64,000 nucleotides of DNA from NCBI GenBank assembly GCA_038890815.1, contig JAWAFC010000001.1:68456-132455 (forward strand). Reading direction: 5' to 3'. This stretch comes from Candidatus Micrarchaeia archaeon (GTDB taxonomy: Archaea; Micrarchaeota; Micrarchaeia; Burarchaeales; JACRGF01). A program made the translations under genes and the position numbers. Numbering within the stretch: the stretch's first letter is position 1; each line of letters starts with the position of its first letter. The notes under the pieces were generated by a model, which did no database searches, was not told the DNA's origin, and worked only from the letters and a program-made list of their open reading frames with translations. Shown piece after piece: positions 15,440 to 23,636 of this stretch.

Positions 15440-16504
15440 GTGGTAGTGGTGGAGAGTTTGGTTAACTCGGTTATCGGAAGTGGGCAGCCCGAGCCCTCAA
15501 CCTCATCCGACAGGATAAGGATCGCTGTGGTCGGCGTGGGAGGAGCGGGCTGTAATACGATAAACCGCCTCACAAAAATGGGCATTCGGAGCGCGGATAC
15601 GATAGCGATAAACACCGATGCCACGCATTTGCGTATCGTCGAGGCAAACAGGAGAGTGCTCATAGGCCAGTCCATCACGCGCGGGCTTGGGGCGGGTGGA
15701 TTTCCGGAAGTCGCGCAGAAATGTGCAGAAGCGAGCAGGGATAAACTGAGGGAAGTGCTGGCTGGCGCCGAGCTCGTTTTCCTCAGCGCGGGCATGGGTG
15801 GAGGAACGGGGACGGGCGCCGGACCGGTCGTGGCCCAGATTGCCAAGGAACAGGGCGCGATCGTGGTGGCCATGGTGACCTTCCCCTTCAGCCTCGAGAG
15901 GGCGAGAATAGAGAAGGCCTACTGGGGCATAGACCAACTAAAGAGAGTATGCGATACGGTTGTCATTATAGATAACAATCGGCTCGTCAGCTATGTGCCA
16001 AACCTGCCCATGAACCAGGCCTTTCAGATAGCCGATGAAATCGTCGCCAAGGCAGTAAAAGGGATAAGCGATACCATCACGCTGCCGAGCCTCGTGAACA
16101 TCGACTTTGCAGATGTAAAGGCGATTATGAACAATGCGGGCGTGGCCATGATATCGGTTGGAGAGGGAAAGGGAACCGACAAGGTGGAGAAGGCCGTCAA
16201 GAGCACACTCACCCATCCGCTTCTTGATGTGGATTACACAGGGGCCAAAGGCGCGCTCATCCACATAGCCGGCTCGCCCACGCTGACGCTCGGTGAGGCG
16301 ACGACGATAGGGGAGAAACTGACCGAGGCCTTTGACGACAATGCTAATGTCATCTGGGGAGCGAGAATATGCCCGGAGCTCGAGGACCAGGTTGTGGTCA
16401 CCGCGATAATGACCGGCATAACATCGCCGCAGATTCTCGGAAAGCCTCTTGAGAGGCAGGATACGAAGCTCGTGCTGGGCCTTGAGGACATACACTACAT
16501 ATAG
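15440..16504 (+). CDS. ftsZ: Cell division GTPase FtsZ, tandem copy B (GTG start)
   Basis: It has GVGGAGCN and GGGTGTGAGP. It lies 59 nt downstream of copy A and shares long identical nucleotide tracts with it. Confidence 0.9.
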   Translation: MVVVESLVNSVIGSGQPEPSTSSDRIRIAVVGVGGAGCNTINRLTKMGIRSADTIAINTDATHLRIVEANRRVLIGQSITRGLGAGGFPEVAQKCAEASRDKLREVLAGAELVFLSAGMGGGTGTGAGPVVAQIAKEQGAIVVAMVTFPFSLERARIEKAYWGIDQLKRVCDTVVIIDNNRLVSYVPNLPMNQAFQIADEIVAKAVKGISDTITLPSLVNIDFADVKAIMNNAGVAMISVGEGKGTDKVEKAVKSTLTHPLLDVDYTGAKGALIHIAGSPTLTLGEATTIGEKLTEAFDDNANVIWGARICPELEDQVVVTAIMTGITSPQILGKPLERQDTKLVLGLEDIHYI

Positions 16505-17058
16505 CCGCCCAGAAGGTCGAACAAGGGCAGAATGCGCGCGAAATCTTTTACTGGCAGCGCGCGTCCCATGCGCGCACGCACTTCAACCCCGTCGTACTTC
16601 GGTATTACGGCTTCCGGAATGCATTCTTTCAGGCGCTCGAGTCTGTCCAGCCACGCGGACAGGACGGCGCGAGCCTGCCGGGGCGCGCTTTTCCATAATT
16701 TTTTGAAAACGCGTTCAGCGGCATCCGCACAGATTTTGATTGTCTGCCAGTAAATCGAGCCCTCTTCCCGCAGCAGAAGCTCGCTTTTTGTGTGCGCTCT
16801 CGCCACGCGCAAGTGACAAAGCTCGTTGAAGTCTAGAAAAGGAGCATCTATCGAAAGCGAGAGCGTGTTGTCGATGAACGAGGCGACGATTCCCCCAGTT
16901 TCACCAAGGACACAGACGAAGGCTTTGCTCACGCGGGCAAAAGGAACTCCGCCCGGCCGCGTGCTGGCATCCCATGCCTCGCCTTTATTTTCCCATCGGA
17001 CCAGCGGCCAAGGTGGGATCGGCTGGCGCTGAAAAAGATTGACTCGCACGTCCCACAC
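16495..17058 (-). CDS. Hypothetical protein (187 aa)
   Basis: This is a long minus-strand ORF with no recognisable motifs. It overlaps the ftsZ-B stop by 10 nt. Confidence 0.4.
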   Translation of the reverse strand: MWDVRVNLFQRQPIPPWPLVRWENKGEAWDASTRPGGVPFARVSKAFVCVLGETGGIVASFIDNTLSLSIDAPFLDFNELCHLRVARAHTKSELLLREEGSIYWQTIKICADAAERVFKKLWKSAPRQARAVLSAWLDRLERLKECIPEAVIPKYDGVEVRARMGRALPVKDFARILPLFDLLGGYM

Positions 17059-17325
17059 CGGAAAAAGGAGGCATGAAGGTCAAATAAAAGCTTTTGCCCG
17101 CAAATCATCTTGCGAAAAGGTACAGGAAGAACGCATGAAGCGCGTGTGGACCGGAGGGGATTTTCACCAACCGCTGATTCCTGCGGTTCGGTTTGAACCC
17201 CTGGCCTCCGCCTTTTCCTGTCGGGACATGCGAAGGCGGCGATCTCGCGCGAAACCCTTCTCGTGAAGGCTTTTCGAAAAGGGTTTTACCGCTGATCTAC
17301 CGGCCCGAGAATATTTGCAAAAAGA

Positions 17326-18060
17326 TTATTTAAGTCTGTTACTTTGTGGTTGCTCCGTTTTTGATGCCCCTGCTTTGGTCATGGGTACACGGTCGATTTT
17401 CACATGGCCATTTGCGTTTTTCTCAAAAATCCGCTGTTTTTCCCGCGCCTCCTCCTCGCGCCCTGCCTGTTTTTGAAAAAGTTCTTTCCTTTTAGCAGCG
17501 ATAGCGTTCAGGTTGTCCAGCGTGGTAGTCCTGATCAATGGATCTCCATGTTGTTGAGATAAAAACATGAGCGCGTCGACGGCCTGGCGAGCGGTTTCCA
17601 AATTTGCGGTGGATGCGATGGTGATGGTTGCATCGATTAGCCCGGTCAGATTGTTTGAAAGCTTGTTTTCGGAGGCGATGGCGAAAAGTTTTTGCACGAA
17701 TTTATCCCAATCATTTTTGCCTATCTCAGCGAGTGCGGCGACAGCGGCGTTTCTGACGCTGCCCTCACACTTGCTGGGATCGAGAAGTTCGGCAGAGAGA
17801 ATACCCTCAAGCGCGACTTCGCCGACCAGCCCAAGCGCTGTGATGGCCCGCTGACTCAGCTGCTCGTCGTTTTCCTGGAGAGCGCGAAGAAGCCCTTCGA
17901 GTGCTGCTTTGTCTTTCCTTCTCGCCCTGAGCACGAGCTCTGAAACGACTGCCCCTATAGGATCCTCCCGTGCGAAAAACATTTTCACGAGCTTATCGAC
18001 GGGCACGCGAGCGAGAGGAGACTCTTCGAGTGTGAGCACATCGAATTCATCCCCAACCAT
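17326..18060 (-). CDS. HEAT/PBS-lyase-type repeat protein
   Basis: The 244-aa ORF shows repeated AA.AL..IG helical-repeat patterns (VRNAAVAALAEIG, RAITALGLVGE). Confidence 0.7.
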   Translation of the reverse strand: MVGDEFDVLTLEESPLARVPVDKLVKMFFAREDPIGAVVSELVLRARRKDKAALEGLLRALQENDEQLSQRAITALGLVGEVALEGILSAELLDPSKCEGSVRNAAVAALAEIGKNDWDKFVQKLFAIASENKLSNNLTGLIDATITIASTANLETARQAVDALMFLSQQHGDPLIRTTTLDNLNAIAAKRKELFQKQAGREEEAREKQRIFEKNANGHVKIDRVPMTKAGASKTEQPQSNRLK

Positions 18061-18105
18061 AAGGATATTTTGATTGAGGGAGTATTTAAATCAGCTTGGC
18101 GTGCT

Positions 18106-19026
18106 TTAACCTGCCCGCAATGGCGTTTGCACCGGCTGTCTGGCCATCTCGCTCCCGAAAGCCTCGAGGTCAGACACTGTGGTCGCAATGTCGATGAGAA
18201 CGAAGTTTCCCTGCGCCTCCACCCGTATTTGGTTGAGAAAACGCTCGTGCGCGCTGCCGGGCTCAGAGATGGCCCTCAGCAGCGAAATGCCTCCGTTGAT
18301 GGAGTTGAAAGCGCGCGTTGCGGAAGCTGAATCGTTTGCCAGAAGCGCAGCCTTGATTGCTATGGCATTCCCTTGTTTGTCGAGCGACAGAGCGATCGCC
18401 TGGGCTGGCAGGCTCCGTGCGGGAATGGGCGTGGCGGACGCTGCCTCTCCCAGCATGATGAGGAATGCCTTGGCGTTCCTGTCAACCTTATTGGCCGCCT
18501 CGTTCGCCTGCTCGCTCTCGAACGGCCTGGCTGCCCCCCTTTTCACATCAATAACATCCTGCACGGCTTCGCGCGTTCCGGAAACGAGAATTCCATCGAT
18601 GAAGGCAAAAGCATTTCCAGGAGGACCGGGCTCTATGTAGAGCGTGTAGCCCTGGTAGCTCTGCTCCACTACGGCCTTCTTGAGCTTGGCCCTGGAGATG
18701 AAGGTCTGCTGGTCGATTTGGCCGAACACGATGCTGCCCATATAGGGCTGGTCTGCATGCGCGCTGCCGAAGATGATGAGCTTGCTCACCTTCCTTGCGT
18801 CGATGCCCGTCTCGCTCTCGGCCCGGCGGAGTTCGGCCTCGAACTCGGTTCCGCTCTTGTTGAGAAGCTTCAGGATGTCGGGGTCGCTGACTATGTCGCC
18901 GATGCGCAGGTGGAGCACGAAATCAGCTTTAGAGGGAACGAGATTGGGCTCGCCTCCAAAAAAGGGAAGCTGAATGCCGAGGCAGCCAGCCAGCAGGAGG
19001 GCCAGGGCGAGAGCGCGTTTTCCCAT
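18106..19026 (-). CDS. Secreted lipoprotein of unknown function
   Basis: The N-terminus MGKRALALALLLAGCLG has a signal peptide with a lipobox, and the ORF is 306 aa. Confidence 0.7.
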   Translation of the reverse strand: MGKRALALALLLAGCLGIQLPFFGGEPNLVPSKADFVLHLRIGDIVSDPDILKLLNKSGTEFEAELRRAESETGIDARKVSKLIIFGSAHADQPYMGSIVFGQIDQQTFISRAKLKKAVVEQSYQGYTLYIEPGPPGNAFAFIDGILVSGTREAVQDVIDVKRGAARPFESEQANEAANKVDRNAKAFLIMLGEAASATPIPARSLPAQAIALSLDKQGNAIAIKAALLANDSASATRAFNSINGGISLLRAISEPGSAHERFLNQIRVEAQGNFVLIDIATTVSDLEAFGSEMARQPVQTPLRAG

Positions 19027-19058
19027 GATTTCTTTTTCCTGCCAAACTTTTTAATCCT

Positions 19059-19604
19059 GTGCGACAAAGGGAAAGCATGCGGGGGCTTTTCGTCGGCAGG
19101 TTCCAGCCTTTCCATATGGGCCATCTCAAGGCCGTTGAGTGGATTCTTGAGAAGGAAGGGTGCGAGCGCGTCATCGTGCTCGTGGGCTCCTCGCAGCGAT
19201 GCTATGACATCGACAATCCCTTCACTGTGGGTGAGAGGATTGAGATGATCGTCAGGACGCTCGCAGAGCGCGGCTACTACTCCCGCGCCATCGTGCTGTC
19301 TGTTCCGGATATAATGAACAACGCGCTGTGGGTAGCGCACGTGAATTCGCTCGTGCCCCCATACGATGTGGTTTATTCCAACAATCCGCTTGTGAAAAAA
19401 CTTTTCGAGGATGCGGGCAAGAGGGTGAAGAGCACGCCGCTGTTCGACAGAAAAGCCTTTGATGCCACGAGAATAAGGCGGAGCATGCTGAGGGGGACAA
19501 AGGCATGGAGGAAGCTCGTGCCAGCTGAAGTAGCCTCTTTCATAGACGAAATAGGGGGAGTGCAGCGCATCCGCGCTGTCGCGGGCGGAGACAAGCTGGC
19601 TTAA
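19059..19604 (+). CDS. nadM: Nicotinamide-nucleotide adenylyltransferase (archaeal NadM type). The start is possibly the internal ATG at 19077.
   Basis: It has GRFQPFHMGH, the (H/T)xGH nucleotidyltransferase motif, and an SxxxxR-like C-terminus (RIRRSM). Confidence 0.85.
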   Translation: MRQRESMRGLFVGRFQPFHMGHLKAVEWILEKEGCERVIVLVGSSQRCYDIDNPFTVGERIEMIVRTLAERGYYSRAIVLSVPDIMNNALWVAHVNSLVPPYDVVYSNNPLVKKLFEDAGKRVKSTPLFDRKAFDATRIRRSMLRGTKAWRKLVPAEVASFIDEIGGVQRIRAVAGGDKLA

Positions 19605-19861
19605 CCCTCAATAATTTTGAAGACGGGGTCTCCCTCGCGGACTCTCGCAACCACCTTCATGCCGATGCTTTGGCCGGCCGAGGCCTGTGTGATGGGCTTA
19701 TGCTCTATCTGCATGCTGCTGACTATCTGCTCGATGGGTCCCTCGTTGGCCTCGATGACAATTTTGTCGCCAACTTTCAACCCGTCGCTGAGGTCGATGG
19801 CAGCCACGCCTATCTTGTTGTAATAGTGCCTCACCACGCCTACCTGCTTTCTTTCGGCCAT
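19601..19861 (-). CDS. Small beta-barrel protein resembling EF-Tu domain 2 or a translation-protein barrel
   Basis: The 86-aa ORF reads VGVVRHYYNKIGVAAIDLSDGLKVGDKIVIE...G.SIGMKV. Confidence 0.55.
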   Translation of the reverse strand: MAERKQVGVVRHYYNKIGVAAIDLSDGLKVGDKIVIEANEGPIEQIVSSMQIEHKPITQASAGQSIGMKVVARVREGDPVFKIIEG

Positions 19862-19910
19862 GCTCTGCTCACCTCCCGGAAAGAAAGAGGAGATGGGGTA
19901 TAAAAAGATA

Positions 19911-21095
19911 TCAGATTTCCATTTTGACTATCTTATTCCCCACCACGCTGGCCTTTGCGGCCACGAGCACCGAATCCCCAAGTTGCCTCTCGGCATCCAC
20001 GAAGGCATTCGCCCTTCTGTCCAAAAGCTCAAGCAGACGGCCGTCGGCGCTCTCGGCCATCTCGGACAGCTCGAGCGCAGCAAAACGCAGGATGCGCACG
20101 CCCGTGGCGTTGAAGCGGGCGGCCAGCAGCGCCTTCAGTTGGGTTATGTTGGCGTTGTCGGGCAGGGTGAATGAGAGATTGAGCCTCGTGTCGGGGAAAA
20201 CGGCGGAAGCGTTGGCGCCCGCGACTGCAAGGATTTCTTTTTCGGCGAGAGCCCTATCGGTGAAATTCTCCTGCACGATGATGATATTCTCGCGCACGTC
20301 GACAACGAAGGACAGGTTGCGCAGGGCATCGAGCGGGGCGCTCGCATTCTCCACGCCAATTGCCGGAATGGGGGAGTAGCCTGTCACGCGCGCGCCTGGC
20401 AGGCTGTCATTGAGGCCGGCGAGGATTTCCTGCGCGCTCACCACTCTGTTTTCCCAGGCGAGCGTGAGCACGGCCTTGGCTTCGGGGGTGAAGTTCTTTA
20501 TGTCGGCCGTGAGCAGTACATCCTCGGCTTGTGGGACTACGCGCGGCACATCGCTCTGCACAACCACCCCGCGCCGGATGAGCGCGGCCATGCGGATGGT
20601 CACGTTCTCGCCCACACCTATCCTCGGATCGATGGGGAAAACGGCGCGGCCGCCCGTTGCCGCGAGCAACGTTCCGGTTGAGGTGGTGAATTCCACAGCT
20701 CCAGGGATGGTCGCGCTGGCCCGGCCAACCACGTGCGCGCCCGCGCGCACGAGCCGCTCTGCAACCTCGCGCACGTGCGACGAGGCCGCCAGGTTGAGCA
20801 CCGTTCTGTTGGGTGCGAGCCTGTTGGTGTAGAGGATTTTGCCTTCCTCCCTCAGCGCGCTGATCGCAGACTCAATTTCAGGAGAAGAGCCGAACACATC
20901 GAGCTCAGTGGCATAGGAAGTTATCGTCGCGTTGATGAGCGCCAGGCCTATCGCGCTCTCTGCCTGCTCCTCGGGCTCAGGGAGTGGAGGAGGCGCCTGA
21001 CGCGGGGCGAGGGCGAATAGCTCAAGCAGGAAAAACAGAACGAACAGAATGACCGCGGCTTTGATGATGTTTTTTCTCGAAAACAGCGCGCTCAC
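19911..21095 (-). CDS. Membrane-anchored extracellular protein with multiple N-glycosylation sequons (hypothetical)
   Basis: It has an N-terminal TM helix (AAVILFVLFFLLELFALA) and many NxS/T sites (NATI, NRTV, NVTI, NFTP, NDSL, NASA, NLSF, NFTD, NASA, NLSF, NANIT, NATG). Confidence 0.65.
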   Translation of the reverse strand: MSALFSRKNIIKAAVILFVLFFLLELFALAPRQAPPPLPEPEEQAESAIGLALINATITSYATELDVFGSSPEIESAISALREEGKILYTNRLAPNRTVLNLAASSHVREVAERLVRAGAHVVGRASATIPGAVEFTTSTGTLLAATGGRAVFPIDPRIGVGENVTIRMAALIRRGVVVQSDVPRVVPQAEDVLLTADIKNFTPEAKAVLTLAWENRVVSAQEILAGLNDSLPGARVTGYSPIPAIGVENASAPLDALRNLSFVVDVRENIIIVQENFTDRALAEKEILAVAGANASAVFPDTRLNLSFTLPDNANITQLKALLAARFNATGVRILRFAALELSEMAESADGRLLELLDRRANAFVDAERQLGDSVLVAAKASVVGNKIVKMEI

Positions 21096-21157
21096 GGGAA
21101 AAAATTAGCCAGGCAAGCATTTATTTGTGTTCCGCACAAAAAGTTAGCGGTTTTTCC

Positions 21158-21853
21158 ATGACAAAGGTTAGCAAGGGGGACTTCATCAAAATAGAATACA
21201 CCGGCAGAACGGTGAGCGACAACCGCGTTTTTGACACCACGAGTGCTGAGGTGGCTAAGAAAGAGGGCATTTTTGACGAGAAGGCGAGGTATGCGCCCGG
21301 GCTGGTTGTTGTGGGCATGGGCACCGTGATCAAAGGCCTTGATGAGGTGCTCGAGGGCATGGAGGTGGGGGAGAGCAAGAAGGTCGAGGTGCCGCCCGAC
21401 AAGGCTTTCGGCCGAAGAGATCCAAACCTCGTGCGCGTGTTGCCCGAGAGCGAGTTCAAGAGGCGCGGCATTGAGCCCTATCCAGGTCAGCTTGTGAGCA
21501 TTGACAATGCCATGGCGGTGGTGAAGAGCGTGAGTTCGGGCAGGGTGATGGTGGATTTCAACCATTTGCTGGCCGGCGAGACTCTCTCTTATGAGGTAAA
21601 GGTCGTGGAGAAGCTCACCTCGCTCGAGCAGAAGATAAACGCACTGCTCGAGAACAACGAGCTGCGGGGGAAAGTTAAGGTAGATGGGAACGTAGTTGAG
21701 GTCACCTTTCCAGCGGAAATAAAGAAGGACGCTGACTTCCTCATCAACAAAGCGAGTTTCGTGGCGAATGCTCTGCGCCTTCTCCCAGAGGTGGAGAGCA
21801 TCCGAGTCATCGAAGAATATGCACGTGAGGAAAGAAAGGTTGAAAAAAGCTGA
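21158..21853 (+). CDS. FKBP-type peptidyl-prolyl cis-trans isomerase (archaeal long type with IF and C-terminal domains)
   Basis: It reads KGDFIKIEYTGRTVSDNRVFDTT...GLVVVGMGTVIKGLDEVLEGMEVGESKKVEVPPDKAFG. The ORF tool start at 21125 is probably too long. Confidence 0.85.
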   Translation: MTKVSKGDFIKIEYTGRTVSDNRVFDTTSAEVAKKEGIFDEKARYAPGLVVVGMGTVIKGLDEVLEGMEVGESKKVEVPPDKAFGRRDPNLVRVLPESEFKRRGIEPYPGQLVSIDNAMAVVKSVSSGRVMVDFNHLLAGETLSYEVKVVEKLTSLEQKINALLENNELRGKVKVDGNVVEVTFPAEIKKDADFLINKASFVANALRLLPEVESIRVIEEYAREERKVEKS

Positions 21854-22164
21854 TGTCGAATAGCGTGCGAGGTGGTCGGATGGAAACGGTGAAGTTGGAG
21901 ATCAGCTATGCCGAGCCGGCCAGTAGGCTTGAACTGCTTATTCGGTTTCTGTGGGCCATTCCGCTGTACATCGTCATGGCTGTTCTCGGATTTGTTGGGT
22001 GGGTCTGCTTTGTCATCCAGTGGCTGCACATCCTGCTGCTGGCAAAGCGCAATGCCACGCTGCATAAGTTCATAACGCTTTACATCACCTATGCATACAA
22101 GTTTGTCGCATACATCCTGCTGGGGACTGATGAGCGCCCTCCGATCATCCCAGAGGGCGTATAG
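21853..22164 (+). CDS. Small DUF4389-like membrane protein
   Basis: The 103-aa ORF has two hydrophobic helices (LWAIPLYIVMAVLGFVGWVCFVIQWLHILLLA). The TGATG start overlaps the FKBP stop. Confidence 0.55.
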   Translation: MSNSVRGGRMETVKLEISYAEPASRLELLIRFLWAIPLYIVMAVLGFVGWVCFVIQWLHILLLAKRNATLHKFITLYITYAYKFVAYILLGTDERPPIIPEGV

Positions 22165-22236
22165 GAATTTAGCAGGGCACGCAGCAAATACCTAGCGCAA
22201 GCTTTATAAACAACCTTCTCTGAGAACATCTCATTC

Positions 22237-23490
22237 ATGGGCGGCCAGCGTGCGGTAAAGAGCAAAGTTGCCCGAGAGTGGGCACCACCGGAATTGAACA
22301 GCCACTTCCTTCAAAAGCCGCAGGACAGGCTCAGCGTGTTCTACAGGGCGTATCTGAGGGTAGAGCGCACATGGGAGGATGTCAGATCAGCTATCCGAAA
22401 AAAGCCAGGCTATGCTTCGGACAGCGAGGTGCGCGCGACCATCCCGGAAGTTATCGGAAAAACGAGGCATGGCGACCCGCTGAAGAGCATTAACTCTCAC
22501 GATGGCGCGAGAATATGCTATTCTGACCATGTTCCAAAAAAGCCAATTTCCGACATTGCGATAGTGATGCTGCCAGGGTGGGGCTGCTATCCGAGCATTT
22601 ATGGCCAGCAGGCGGCCGTACTGGGAAAGTATTTCCGAATAATAAGAGTGAGAACGAGAGGGCACTTCGAGTCAGAGCTGGGCGCGAGCACCACAGCAAC
22701 CTACATACACGATTGTGCAAAGGATGTGGCGGTCATACTGAAAAGTGAGGGGGTAAGGCGAGCCATACTCATGGGCCATTCGATGGGCGGGCTGATCGCG
22801 CTGGAGTTCTACAAGGAATTTAATGGCGACAAAATTGCTGCCATGGCGCTACTGTCGGCGCCTTACGGCGATCCTTTCAGGACGCTTCCGGTCAACCTGC
22901 AATGGCTTGGACCTTTGGTGGATGTGCTTCTGTTTGAGCTTCAGTTGACGCCTTTCATAAACTGGCTGAAGAGAACTCCGATAGTGAACAATCCGGTGTC
23001 CCGTCGCGTGCTTTACTCGCTGCTCACCGGCACCATTTTCAAAAATAGCGAGAATGGGCTGGAGGATGAAGAAATGAAATTCCTCGCGCAGAGAGCGTTG
23101 GAGGTTCCGGTTGAGACCTTAGCGATGGCGCTCAGGGCTATGAGAAGAATGAACCTGTATCCTTTCCTGAAGGACATCCGTGCACCCACGCTCGTGCTGG
23201 CAGGGCTCAATGACCCGCTCGTGCACTGGAGGCACGGGGAGAATATCGCGAAGGAGATAAACAGCGGGAACGGTGGCAACATAGCCACTTTTGTCAAGAT
23301 AGCTTGCGGCCACATGCCCATGATGGAATTTCCCGAGAAATTCAACCACATTTTCCTCTCATTCCTACTCGAGAAAGTGCCTGAATTCAGAGGCTCAGGA
23401 GAGCTGATTCGGGAGCGCAAGGAGATTGAAAAACAGCTTAGGGAAAAAGGCGTTGAAATCCCCTATAAAATAGAGACATGGCATGGCTGA
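22237..23490 (+). CDS. Alpha/beta-hydrolase fold protein
   Basis: It has the nucleophile elbow GHSMGG, an HGxP-type motif upstream and a C-terminal catalytic His region (ACGHMPMME). The N-terminal boundary is uncertain. Confidence 0.75.
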   Translation: MGGQRAVKSKVAREWAPPELNSHFLQKPQDRLSVFYRAYLRVERTWEDVRSAIRKKPGYASDSEVRATIPEVIGKTRHGDPLKSINSHDGARICYSDHVPKKPISDIAIVMLPGWGCYPSIYGQQAAVLGKYFRIIRVRTRGHFESELGASTTATYIHDCAKDVAVILKSEGVRRAILMGHSMGGLIALEFYKEFNGDKIAAMALLSAPYGDPFRTLPVNLQWLGPLVDVLLFELQLTPFINWLKRTPIVNNPVSRRVLYSLLTGTIFKNSENGLEDEEMKFLAQRALEVPVETLAMALRAMRRMNLYPFLKDIRAPTLVLAGLNDPLVHWRHGENIAKEINSGNGGNIATFVKIACGHMPMMEFPEKFNHIFLSFLLEKVPEFRGSGELIRERKEIEKQLREKGVEIPYKIETWHG

Positions 23491-23491
23491 G

Positions 23492-23609
23492 TAGCCCCGG
23501 TCGGATTCGAACCGACGTCTCGAGGTCCAAAGCCTCGAATCCTTGGCCATTGTCCAAACTTTTCCCAAACGCCTCAAAGCGCCGGAAAAGGTTTCTAGAC
23601 GACGGGGCT
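23492..23609 (-). tRNA. Putative tRNA-Gln (anticodon UUG) carrying a ~43-nt intron at a non-canonical position in the D-loop
   Basis: On the minus strand the acceptor AGCCCCG pairs with CGGGGCT, with discriminator A. The T-arm is GTCGG-TTCGAAT-CCGAC. The anticodon arm is CGAGG-CTTTGGA-CCTCG, and loop CUUUGGA matches tRNA-Gln(UUG). The D-stem GTCT/GGAT encloses a 54-nt region containing a self-paired CTTTTCC...GGAAAAG helix. Confidence 0.55.
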
Positions 23610-23636
23610 GATTATTTTTGGGGAAATGGGTTAAAA

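Noticed and set aside
16495-17058. Possible tRNA-His guanylyltransferase (Thg1-like) assignment for the 187-aa protein
   Set aside because: Loose resemblances only (an Asp-containing beta-strand pattern). The Thg1 catalytic motifs could not be aligned convincingly, so the gene is left as hypothetical.
17059-17325. SRP RNA or RNase P RNA in the long spacer
   Set aside because: I could find neither the conserved SRP helix-8 motif (GNAR loop with the AGCAG or GGAAGCAG context) nor the RNase P P4 sequence (AGGAAAGUCCGGGC). The region is kept only as an unclassified structured region.
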